64,000 nt of DNA from Antedon mediterranea (Eukaryota; Animalia; Echinodermata), in contig NC_092679.1 in the NCBI RefSeq assembly GCF_964355755.1, positions 20,877,432 through 20,941,431 of the forward strand, written 5' to 3'. The notes beneath the pieces are model-generated. The model made no database searches, was not told the DNA's origin, and was given only the letters and a program-made list of their open reading frames with translations. Below, in pieces: positions 1 to 11,827 of the stretch; the first letter of the stretch is position 1, and the number at the start of each line of letters is the position of its first letter. The position numbers and the translations under genes are program-made.

Positions 1-990
1 ACATACAAGAAAAATATATTTTTAATAAATATTTCACAAACATATTCATCATATTTTTCATAATTTTAAGTATTTACATACAACTATCTAATTACAATGA
101 TTTAATGGACAAAGAATGTCACCAGGCAAGTATACGTAAAATAACAATTATTTTAAGAAACGTAGTAACTCCCAATTCAACTACTATACGATTCTCGATC
201 GATGCCTACATCCTCACATTCTCATACCACAGCTATGAACAGGATGATTAGGCCGTACATTTTCATGATTTTATTCCATCTGGACCAAACAATTATTTAA
301 AACAGTTCCTTTCTAATTCATCTCAATCTTCCGTAATATAAGTGGCTATTAAATATGATACAGCATTTCACTCTCTATCAGTTCATCATCACTGTCAGAA
401 AGATCCCAGTGACACCAAAGTTAAATCAATAAATTATTTATTTTGTTTACTTACAATATTTAAGAGGTTACTGGCTTTAATAAAACTGTAACAGAAGAGA
501 CAATCTGACAGGCACAGATGTACAGCACGCCTAATTACTATCCAACAGTAGAACCTAAAAACAAACATAAAGAGAAAGTTCAAGTAAAAACAGTAAACTA
601 ATTTGTACAAAGAAGCGAAACTACTATTATTACTACTCAAATGCACCTCTATAATTACCGTACCTTTACTTTTTAGAAGTATGGATACAGTACCGTATCA
701 TTAGCCATAACGTTTATTTTTTCTAACAATCATATTTGTAGGCCTAGTTAGTAGGCCTATGCTCTAAGAAAGTGTATAGGCCTAGGCATATTAGTGCATA
801 ATTATTAATATGCTGATAATTACTTTAAGAAAGAATTTCCCACACTACAGTAAGACTAGTTTAGTGTTCAAACATTTCATATAGATAGGCCTACATTACA
901 ATCCCCTATTTAGTTACCAATTTAATTTCAATTTTGCCAGCTAGCTAGAGCCTGCGCCTAGTATTTATGAATTTTAAAGTTTTAGTAATA

Positions 991-2354
991 CAGTAAAACC
1001 TTCATTTTACATACAGTACGGGACCGAAAGGCGTACATAAAACATGGGATTTGTAAAATCAAGGTTGACCTTAAATTGACCCCAAATACGTAGAGATCGT
1101 AGCTATAAAGGCTACCGTGACTTTACTGTACAGCATATGCAGGACAGGTGGTCACTAGCCTAGCTAGGTAGCCATTTCCTAGGCCCTAGACTATTCAGGC
1201 CAGGCTAGCAGGCCTAGACTAGCATCAAGATGTGAGGCCTAACTAGAAAAGTACAGTATATAGGCCTACAGCCTGTGCATTTAAATAAAGTGTTATAAAT
1301 AAAATATCAATGTTCTTGTATTTTCTATCAATAAAAACAGTCGCTGCTGTTGAGGGAATGCGTGTGTAGCTTGTCTCACACAGCAGCCATGGCTTTATTT
1401 GTTGTCAGAGCCATATTATATATAAAGAGTTACGACATTGAAAATTAGAAGCCATTTTTGTGTCAAAGAATTCGCACGCTGAGGGCGCGCGCGTCTCTTT
1501 TGTATAGCGTTTTCCTATAGTTCATGCACTATTTTTAGATTTTGTTGTCTATGAAATAACGCTTAGATTCCGTTTTTAATTTAGTAATTAATTTTATTAA
1601 TGGTATTGATTTGTTAAAATATATATATATTTTTTATAATAACAAAAAAATAAATGCTAGGGGCTACATGGAAGTTAGGATACATCAAAGAATGAACCAA
1701 TACAAAAAACACACAAATTCACCTCTCTTTTTATGCAGTATATGGCTTTCTGTGTGTTTTTTACACAAACTGCGCCGCTAACGTTATTACCATTCAGAGA
1801 CTCGTTCATCATTTCATTTGTAATAATTTGCCTTTATTATTTAAATATTGTTCATACCCTTTTCAGTATATTAACAAATATATCCACGACACTTTATTAT
1901 TTTATTTAGTCATCAAAGCATGCATTATGAATTGAAAATATTACATAATTGTTATTAATAGGTGGTAGTTATGGGATGTTTTGTTCCAAAATCAATCAAT
2001 CGAACGTTATAATGTACTAGCGCACGCGCGCGCAATATTCTTTGGCGCAAGTACTTCTGTACGCTGTGCACATCGATATTTCATCGTAAAATGTGCAATT
2101 ACATTTTTTTTAATACAAGAAAAAGTTTAAAGTATTTTGTTGCTCCTATACTTTACATGCATTAATGGAGACAAGTTTGACACATTTTGATCTGCATATC
2201 ACGTGACTGTGTAATCCAATGTCGTAACTCTTTATATAATATATGGCTCTGTTTGTTGTTGTTAAATTGCGCCCTCAATGTACGAAAATGATGACGTCAT
2301 CGGTTATTTTAAGCGTACGTAAAATCCAGGGTACGTAAAACACAGGTTTTACTG
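991..2354. mobile_element. Tc1/mariner (pogo/Tigger-like) non-autonomous DNA transposon carrying a nested P-like MITE
   Basis: TIR CAGTAAAACCT (991) / AGGTTTTACTG (ends 2354), flanked by TA on both sides, with subterminal TTTTAC(A/G)TAC motifs. Confidence 0.7.
1406..2251. mobile_element. Non-autonomous DNA transposon, P-element-like (or hAT) MITE, 846 bp
   Basis: About 35-bp TIR CAGAGCCATATTATATATAAAGAGTTACGACATTG / CAATGTCGTAACTCTTTATATAATATATGGCTCTG. Exact 8-bp TSD TTTGTTGT at 1398-1405 and 2252-2259. Confidence 0.85.
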
Positions 2355-2949
2355 TATTATTATAGGGGCCTAGGCCTATGCTATTTTTTGTACTACAGTA
2401 TTATTATAATGTCGTTGTTTGTCCTTGAACTAGCCTAGTCCTACTAAAATCAACACGTATTCTTGTACAGGCTATTACTGACTTTGTACACTGACTGTGT
2501 AGTAGTAGGCCTATTTGTTCATATTTTAACATACAAATCTGGCCATCCACGATTGTCGTGCTCCTTTTCGGAAGCCATCTGGCGGAAACGTCACGAAGTT
2601 ATTATCATCTCTGAAAACTACAAACAAAATCAAATAATCCACATAATTTCTTACCTATTTCTTATACTGTAGTAATACAATTGTAAACAAACTTGAATTT
2701 GATAATATTACAACAATTTTATATCGAATCGTCAACGAATAATAATAAATAATAGAGAGCGGCGGCTCTGTAAAATCAAAATGGAGTTATCCACGTCAAC
2801 GCGTTTTCGTTTCTCTCTCTCCTCCCTTCCGCGAGATCAAATTTCACCAACACAGTATGGCATGCAATCTCCGCCAAAAATACCAATATTGTAACGAATA
2901 GCGAAAATTAGTTTCCACGTAGACTTTTGCATTTCTACGTGCTTTCTCG

Positions 2950-5900
2950 TTTTTTTGTGGTTCACGTTTCTCTAAAATGTGTAAACATAACATTTCATAA
3001 CTTTGACAACATGTGGGCATTTACGTGAAGTTGTGCACCTCCTATACAGATTATACTGTGTATACTATATATGATTCAAAATAATAGAAATTCAGCAATA
3101 ACAACATATCATATTCTTCAGTTCATGTCATTATGCCATAATCTTTTTCTGTGTGCAACATTCCAACGTATGACGTGCACGTGGCGTTTGTCGAGCGGAT
3201 AACTAACTCGTCAAAGTGACGAGTTTCATTCTTTCTTTCTGTCATTTTTGTGCAGAGCATATCTCAAAAACGTGTAAAGTTAACATTTCATAACTTTGTC
3301 AACATATGGGTATTCACCTGAAGTTGTGCTTTTCTATTTTTGAATGACGTCAGAATTGCACAACATGACTTACGCGCGTTTTAACGAATTTCGCGTATTT
3401 AACATACATCGAAAACCATATAACAATTTAAATTGAAACTTAACAAAAGTTTTAGTTATATCTTGCGGTAACTGACTTTGTAAAAAAAATGGCATGTTTT
3501 ACACAAAGTTACGCGCGCACGCGCGTTTAAAATTTCAAAACGCGAAAATTCAATTTCTAATCAACTTTCTACGCGTTTCATGTCATTTTGACCAGGTAAA
3601 AAATTCCCACGCGTGCGCATTTTTTTACGCGCGCCGTGCGCACGTAGCGTTGAAAACAAATTTTTTCACGTGATTTATGTTTTTCCAGCCTTTTGTAGTA
3701 ATTTTACCAACTTTTAAACGATTTAGACTTAAAATTACGTCATACGGGCACGTCGAATTGGATAATTTACGTGGGTTTTTGATGAAAAAGGTAAAAAATT
3801 CGTTAAAATTTGTCAAAATTATGCCTTTTTTTAAACAGTCGTAATTTCTAAACTGGACGGTCAACTTTTTGTGGATGACATATTCTTGAAGTTGATGAGG
3901 TGTAGATATCGGATCATGTAATAATATGGCTAACCGGACATTGTGACGTCATCGTATGGCCACGCGAATATAAAATATAGGATTTTTGTATCTTTCATCA
4001 TAGCGCATGACATTTAATAGAGCGCATCTCCAATTATCTGTTTTCCATTTTTACCCCGATTTTTATATTATCTAGGTCAATCAACTATCTTTCGTATGAG
4101 TTAAAAATATTTTAATTTTTATGACGTCATCATGTCTAAAAATGTAAATAACGTGGGTCACTTATTTTCGTCTTTACAGTAAATTTCAATCTGTTATAGC
4201 TCGTCAGAATAAAACGTGATAATCATTATTAAAACGTTTTCTGGAAGCTATTGGATTGTAGATACGAATTTATGTAAACATTTTGCCAATCGGATGTTGT
4301 GACGTCATCATATGACCAGTTAAATAAAAAAAGTCGTATTTTCATCTTTTGCGTCATAATTCATCACATTTAAAAGAGCGCGCATCAATATTTTACGTAT
4401 TTAAATTTCTTCTACACATTAATATTTTGTTGCCGAGATAATTTCCTTCCGAAATTGCTATCTTAGTATTTCATTTTGATACCGTCGCTATGTTAAAAAT
4501 TGGATTAAATGGCGTGTCCAGTCATTTCACCTATTCTACACAGTATGTAATATGTATACAGATTATATTGTATATATAATATGACACAAAATAACAGAAT
4601 TCAGCAAAACAACATATCATATTCTTCAGATCAGGTCATATTGCCACAATCTTTTTCTGTGTGCAATATTCTAACGTATGACGTCTACGTGACCTTTGTC
4701 GTGCGGATAACTAACTCGTCAAAGTGACGAGTTACATGTCTAGTCTTAATCTTCTTTCTTTCTGTATGATTTTTGTGTAACGCTTTTCTCTAAAACTTGC
4801 AAACATAACATTTTGTTAACTATGTTAACATTTTGACATTTATGTAACGTCGTCAAGCGAAGCTTTTCATGATGTTTACAATCGCGCAACGTGACGTACG
4901 CGCGATTTAACGATTTTCTCGTATTTAACATATGTCGAAAACCAAATAACATTTTAAAGTGAAACTTTGCAAAAGTTTAATTTATATCATGCGCTAACCT
5001 TCTGTTGAAAAAAATTGCGTGTTTTACACAAAGTTACGCGCGCACGCGCATTTAAAATTTTAAAATGCGCAAAATTAATTTCTAATCAACTTTCTACGCG
5101 TTTCATGTCGGTTTAAGCATGTCAAAAATTCCCACGCATGCGCACATTTTTACGTGTGCGGAGCGCACGTAGCATTGAAAACGTATTTTTTTCGCGTGAT
5201 TTATGTTTTTCCAGCTTTTTCTAGTAATTTTACCAAATTTTAAACAATTTCGACTTAAAGATACGTCATACGAGCACGTCGAATTGGACAATTTGCGCGC
5301 GTTTTTTATGAAAAGGTTAAAAAATTCGTTTAAAATATGCCTTTTTTTAAACAGTCGTAATTTCTAAAGTAGACGGTCAACTTTTTGTGGATGACATATT
5401 CTGGAAGTAGATGAGTTGTAGATATCGGATCAGGTATTAATATGGCTAACCGGACATTGTGACGTCATCGTATGGCCACGCGAATATGAAATTTAGGATT
5501 TTTGTATCTTTCGTCATAGCTCATCACATTGAATAGAGCGCATCTCCACTTATTCGTTTTCCATTTTTACCCCGATTTTGATATTGTCTAGGTCAATCAA
5601 CTATCTTTCGCATGAGTTAAAAATATTTTAATTTTTTTTACGTCATCGTGCTTAAAAATTTAAATCACGTGTGGCATTAATTTCATCTTTACAGTAAATT
5701 TTAATCTGTTATAGCTCGTAAGAATAAAATGTGATAATCACGATTAAAACTTTTTCTGGAAGCTATTGGACTGTAGATACGAAATTATGTAAAAATGTTG
5801 CCAATCGGATGTTGTGACGTCATCATATGGCCAGTTAAATAAAAAAGGTCGTATTTTCATCTTTTGCGTCATAATTCATTACATTTAAACGAGCGCGCAT

Positions 5901-6274
5901 CAATATTTCACGTATTCAAATTTCTTCTACATGCTAATACGTTGTTGCTGAGATAATTTCCTTTCGGAATTGCTACCTTCGCGTTTCATTTTAAAACCGT
6001 CAACATGTTAAAAATTGCAATAAATAGCGGGTCCCGTAATTTCACTATTCTACACTGTATGTGATATGGATACAGATTATACTGTGTATACTACAGTATA
6101 TATGAATTTAAACAATAAATTTCAGCAATAACAACATATCATATTCTTCAGTTCAGGTCATAATGCCAACGTGAACACTTCCTTTTGTCCTCAACCTATC
6201 CCCTTAATGTTAATGTTGCACCACTTGCGCGGCGGATAACCAAACTCGTCAAAGTGACGAGTTACATGTCTAGT
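2950..6274 (-). mobile_element. Head-to-tail array of ~1.5-kb Helentron/HINE (DINE-1/Pearl-like) non-autonomous units
   Basis: Two diverged full units (about 3225-4744 and 4745-6274) plus a partial one. Each junction has the hairpin AACTCGTCA-AAG-TGACGAGTT (3205, 4713, 6243); the 4713 and 6243 hairpins are followed by ACATGTCTAGT, and a short TTTC microsatellite starts each full unit. No TSD or coding capacity. Family assignment is by architecture. Confidence 0.6.
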
Positions 6275-6419
6275 TATTTTTTATATTAAATAATGTTTTT
6301 GGACACATTTACGGCCGCCATCTTGTTGGTTCCCCCTCCTGTTGGAATCACTTTTCAGTCTGGAGTACACCCTCTAGTGTTCTTATTACATCTCTCTGTC
6401 TATGGCTCTCTGGCTGACC

Positions 6420-6527
6420 GAAATGTGTAGCGCCCTCGGGACCACAGGCTGGCCAAATGTCTAGCGCCCTCGGACCACAGGCTGGCCATAAAAGAACCAC
6501 AGGCTGGCCGTGAGTTTGACGACCCCT
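6420..6527. mobile_element. hAT (Charlie-like) right-end fragment; duplicated at ~10760-10867
   Basis: Three ACCACAGGCTGGCC subterminal repeats ending in GAGTTTGACGACCCCTG (reverse complement CAGGGGTCGTCAAACTC, a hAT-type terminus). Partner end not found. Confidence 0.45.
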
Positions 6528-6812
6528 GCTCGATTTTTTTAACGTACCTTTTTACCTGCATACGACGATCAAGTGGTTAGGATTCCGGCAGAATTAACGC
6601 AACGTACTATCAAATACTTATTTTTAATTAAATTGAATTGTATGACGATGACTTTTCTTGGGCTTGGTTCAAATGCATAATAATTAATATCGTTTTTTTA
6701 TTATGCAAATTATATTAAGCAGAATGTTGAGTTGAACTTGAGGCTGACTACTTACTATATTATTACGTATTGGTATGTGGTAACAATTAAAATCTGATCG
6801 ACGACGGTTATC

Positions 6813-7487
6813 TACGGTGGCCTATAAGTGTCACGGCAACTTTCAAAAAATATCACGGCAATTTTTTCAAAAAAAGCCACGGCAATTTGAAAAAGCCACG
6901 GCAATTTGAAAAAAGCCACGGCAATTTGAAAAAAGCCACGGCAATTTGAAAAAAGCCACGGCAAGTTTAAAATAAAACATCACGGCAAATTAAAAAAAAA
7001 ACATCGCGGCAATTTAACAAAAATACCACGGCAACTTAAAAATGAAACACCACGGCAAATTAGTATTGAAACACCTAAACACCACGGCAAATTACAGAAT
7101 GCCACGGCGGAAGTGAGTTACCACGGCGGAAGTGAAACCTTTGGAATCTTCGATTTTTTCTGAGGTAAGTAATAGTTTGTGCATTGATGTAAATATTATA
7201 TTAATTTATTAAACTGCAGCAGTTTACGTGTTTATTGCACTCTTCTTGAACTTTCTAGGCCGGGCTAGACCATAGGCCTTATTACAAGGTAGGCCTAGGC
7301 CCTATAACATTCTACAATGTTTTAATATATTTACAGTAATCTGTTTTTTATATAACAAGTTGTTTTTACAGTAGACCTAGCTACTATTGTAGGCCTAAGG
7401 CCTAGGGCTAGTAGTAGGCATAGCTAGGCCTAGTGCAATAAACACGTAAATGCAGCAGTTAAATATTTTTTTATTTTATTTTATTTC
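6813..7487. mobile_element. Truncated left half of the IS3EU-type element (duplicate of 11153-11827)
   Basis: Same TSD half GTTATC, TACGGTGGCC terminus and CCACGGCAA repeat array; no right TIR. Confidence 0.8.
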
Positions 7488-7605
7488 CAGTATACTTACC
7501 TAGTGTTATATGGCTATTGTTATTGACTGAATGATTGAAAGACTGTTGTAAGCAAAGCTATGATGTAAACCTATTTATTTACTATACTATTTCAAGTCCT
7601 AAGAT

Positions 7606-10600
7606 AAACGTGTAAAGTTAACATTTCATAACTTTGTCAACATATGGGTATTCACCTGAAGTTGTGCTTTTCTATTTCTGAATGACGTCAGAATTGCACA
7701 ACATGACTTACGCGCGTTTTAACGAATTTCGCGTATTTAACATACATCGAAAACCATATAACAATTTAAATTGAAACTTAACAAAAGTTTTAGTTATATC
7801 TTGCGCTAACTGACTTTGTAAAAAAAATGGCATGTTTTACACGAAGTTACGCGCGCACGCGCGTTTAAAATTTCAAAACGCGAAAAATCAATTTCTAATC
7901 CACTTTCTACGCGTTTCATGTCATTTTGAGCAGGTAAGAAATTCCCACGCGTGCGCATTTTTTTACGTGCGCCGTGCGCACGTAGCGTTGAAAACAATTT
8001 TTTTCACGTGATTTATGTTTTTCCAGCCTTTTGTAGTAATTTTACCAACTTTTATACGATTTAGACTTAAAATTACGTCATACGGGCACGTCGAATTGGA
8101 TAATTTACGTGGGTTTTTGATGAAAAAGGTAAAAAATTCGTTAAAATTTGTCAAAATTATGCCTTTTTTTAAACAGTCGTAATTTCTAAACTGGACGGTC
8201 AACTTTTTGTGGATGACATATTCTTGAAGTTGATGAGGTGTAGATATCGGATCATGTAATAATATGGCTAACCGGACATTGTGACGTCATCGTATGGCCA
8301 CGCGAATATAAAATATAGGATTTTTGTATCTTTCATCATAGCGCATGACATTTAATAGAGCGCATCTCCAATTATCTGTTTTCCATTTTTACCCCGATTT
8401 TTATATTATCTAGGTCAATCAACTATCTTTCGTATGAGTTAAAAATATTTTAATTTTTATGACGTCATCATGTCTAAAAATGTAAATAACGTGGGTCACT
8501 TATTTTCGTCTTTACAGTAAATTTCAATCTGTTATAGCTCGTCAGAATAAAACGTGATAATCATGATTAAAACGTTTTCTGGAAGCTATTGGATTGTAGA
8601 TACGAATTTATGTAAACATTTTGCCAATCGGATGTTGTGACGTCATCATATGACCAGTTAAATAAAAAAAGTCGTATTTTCATCTTTTGCGTCATAATTC
8701 ATCACATTTAAAAGAGCGCGCATCAATATTTTACGTATTTAAATTTCTTCTACACATTAATATGTTGTTGCCGAGATAATTTCCTTCCGAAATTGCTATC
8801 TTAGTATTTCATTTTGATACCGTCGCTATGTTAAAAATTGGAATAAATGGCGGGTCCAGTCATTTCACCTATTCTACACAGTATGTAATATGTATACAGA
8901 TTATATTGTATATATAATATGACACAAAATAACAGAATTCAGCAATAACAACATATCATATTCTTCCGTTCAGGTCATATTGCCACAATCTTTTTCTGTG
9001 TGCAATATTCTAACGTATGACGTCTACGTGGCCTTTGTCGTGCGGATAACTAACTCGTCAAAGTGACGAGTTACATGTCTAGTCTTAATCTTCTTTCTTT
9101 CTGTATGATTTTTGTGTAACGCTTTTCTCTAAAACTTGCAAACATAACATTTTGTTAACTATGTTAACATTTTGACATTTATGTAACGTCGTCAAGCGAA
9201 GCTTTTCATGATGTTTACAATCGCGCAACGTGACGTACGCGCGATTTAACGATTTTCTCGTATTTAACATATGTCGAAAACCAAATAACATTTTAAAGTG
9301 AAACTTTGCAAAAGTTTAATTTATATCATGCGCTAACCTTCTGTTGAAAAAAAATTGCGTGTTTTACACAAAGTTACGCGCGCACGCGCATTTAAAATTT
9401 TAAAATGCGCAAAATTAATTTCTAATCAACTTTCTACGCGTTTCATGTCGGTTTAAGCATGTCAAAAATTCCCACGCATGCGCACATTTTTACGTGTGCG
9501 GAGCGCACGTAGCATTGAAAACGTATTTTTTTCGCGTGATTTATGTTTTTCCAGCTTTTTCTAGTAATTTTACCAAATTTTAAACAATTTCGACTTAAAG
9601 ATACGTCATACGAGCACGTCGAATTGGACAATTTGCGCGCGTTTTTTATGAAAAGGTTAAAAAATTCGTTTAAAATATGCCTTTTTTTAAACAGTCGTAA
9701 TTTCTAAAGTAGACGGTCAACTTTTTGTGGATGACATATTCTGGAAGTAGATGAGTTGTAGATATCGGATCAGGTATTAATATGGCTAACCGGACATTGT
9801 GACGTCATCGTATGGCCACGCGAATATGAAATTTAGGATTTTTGTATCTTTCGTCATAGCTCATCACATTGAATAGAGCGCATCTCCACTTATTCGTTTT
9901 CCATTTTTACCCCGATTTTGATATTGTCTAGGTCAATCAACTATCTTTCGCATGAGTTAAAAATATTTTAATTTTTTTTACGTCATCGTGCTTAAAAATT
10001 TAAATCACGTGTGGCATTAATTTCATCTTTACAGTAAATTTTAATCTGTTATAGCTCGTAAGAATAAAATGTGATAATCACGATTAAAACTTTTTCTGGA
10101 AGCTATTGGACTGTAGATACGAAATTATGTAAAAATGTTGCCAATCGGATGTTGTGACGTCATCATATGGCCAGTTAAATAAAAAAGGTCGTATTTTCAT
10201 CTTTTGCGTCATAATTCATTACATTTAAACGAGCGCGCATCAATATTTCACGTATTCAAATTTCTTCTACATGCTAATACGTTGTTGCTGAGATAATTTC
10301 CTTTCGGAATTGCTACCTTCGCGTTTCATTTTAAAACCGTCAACATGTTAAAAATTGCAATAAATAGCGGGTCCCGTAATTTCACTATTCTACACTGTAT
10401 GTGATATGGATACAGATTATACTGTGTATACTACAGTATATATGAATTTAAACAATAAATTTCAGCAATAACAACATATCATATTCTTCAGTTCAGGTCA
10501 TAATGCCAACGTGAACACTTCCTTTTGTCCTCAACCTATCCCCTTAATGTTAATGTTGCACCACTTGCGCGGCGGATAACCAAACTCGTCAAAGTGACGA

Positions 10601-11827
10601 GTTACATGTCTAGTTATTTTTTATATTAAATAATGTTTTTGGACACATTTACGGCCGCCATCTTGTTGGTTCCCCCTCCTGTTGGAATCACTTTTCAGTC
10701 TGGAGTACACCCTCTAGTGTTCTTATTACATCTCTCTGTCTATGGCTCTCTGGCTGACCGAAATGTGTAGCGCCCTCGGGACCACAGGCTGGCCAAATGT
10801 CTAGCGCCCTCGGACCACAGGCTGGCCATAAAAGAACCACAGGCTGGCCGTGAGTTTGACGACCCCTGCTCGATTTTTTTAACGTACCTTTTTACCTGCA
10901 TACGACGATCAAGTGGTTAGGATTCCGGCAGAATTAACGCAACGTACTATCAAATACTTATTTTTAATTAAATTGAATTGTATGACGATGACTTTTCTTG
11001 GGCTTGGTTCAAATGCATAATAATTAATATCGTTTTTTTATTATGCAAATTATATTAAGCAGAATGTTGAGTTGAACTTGAGGCTGACTACTTACTATAT
11101 TATTACGTATTGGTATGTGGTAACAATTAAAATCTGATCGACGACGGTTATCTACGGTGGCCTATAAGTGTCACGGCAACTTTCAAAAAATATCACGGCA
11201 ATTTTTTCAAAAAAAGCCACGGCAATTTGAAAAAGCCACGGCAATTTGAAAAAAGCCACGGCAATTTGAAAAAAGCCACGGCAATTTGAAAAAAGCCACG
11301 GCAAGTTTAAAATAAAACATCACGGCAAATTAAAAAAAAAACATCGCGGCAATTTAACAAAAATACCACGGCAACTTAAAAATGAAACACCACGGCAAAT
11401 TAGTATTGAAACACCTAAACACCACGGCAAATTACAGAATGCCACGGCGGAAGTGAGTTACCACGGCGGAAGTGAAACCTTTGGAATCTTCGATTTTTTC
11501 TGAGGTAAGTAATAGTTTGTGCATTGATGTAAATATTATATTAATTTATTAAACTGCAGCAGTTTACGTGTTTATTGCACTCTTCTTGAACTTTCTAGGC
11601 CGGGCTAGACCATAGGCCTTATTACAAGGTAGGCCTAGGCCCTATAACATTCTACAATGTTTTAATATATTTACAGTAATCTGTTTTTTATATAACAAGT
11701 TGTTTTTACAGTAGACCTAGCTACTATTGTAGGCCTAAGGCCTAGGGCTAGTAGTAGGCATAGCTAGGCCTAGTGCAATAAACACGTAAATGCAGCAGTT
11801 AAATATTTTTTTATTTTATTTTATTTC
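7606..11827 (+). repeat. Copy 2 of the 4.2-kb tandem duplication (HINE-like units, hAT end and IS3EU left arm)
   Basis: Colinear with 3268-7487 and separated from it by a 118-bp unique spacer (7488-7605). Confidence 0.95.

Larger units (their letters stand above)
228..2800 (-). other. Probable 5' end of an unidentified minus-strand gene running off the left edge
   Basis: CpG-rich promoter-like zone at about 2760-2890. Donor AG|GTAAG at 2655/2654 is followed by TAGGCCTA-rich sequence like the first introns of the other genes here. Candidate exons 554-455 (TTTTTAG...|GTAAGT) and 279-228 (CAG...|GTATGA); the latter carries MKMYGLIILFIAV, which resembles a signal peptide. No homolog recognised. 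Confidence 0.3.
3268..7487 (+). repeat. Copy 1 of a 4.2-kb near-identical tandem segmental duplication
   Basis: Matches 7606-11827 at offset 4338-4340. The ORF track shows identical or near-identical spurious ORFs in both copies. Confidence 0.95.

Noticed and set aside
6830-7140. Regularly spaced CCACGGCAA repeats resembling a CRISPR array
   Set aside because: The spacers are short, A-rich and mutually similar, the array is mirrored in the right TIR, the context is eukaryotic, and no cas genes are present.
3625-9631. Duplicated 60-80 aa ORFs in the ORF track
   Set aside because: They lie in non-coding HINE-like units and repeat only because of the DNA duplication; no protein motifs.
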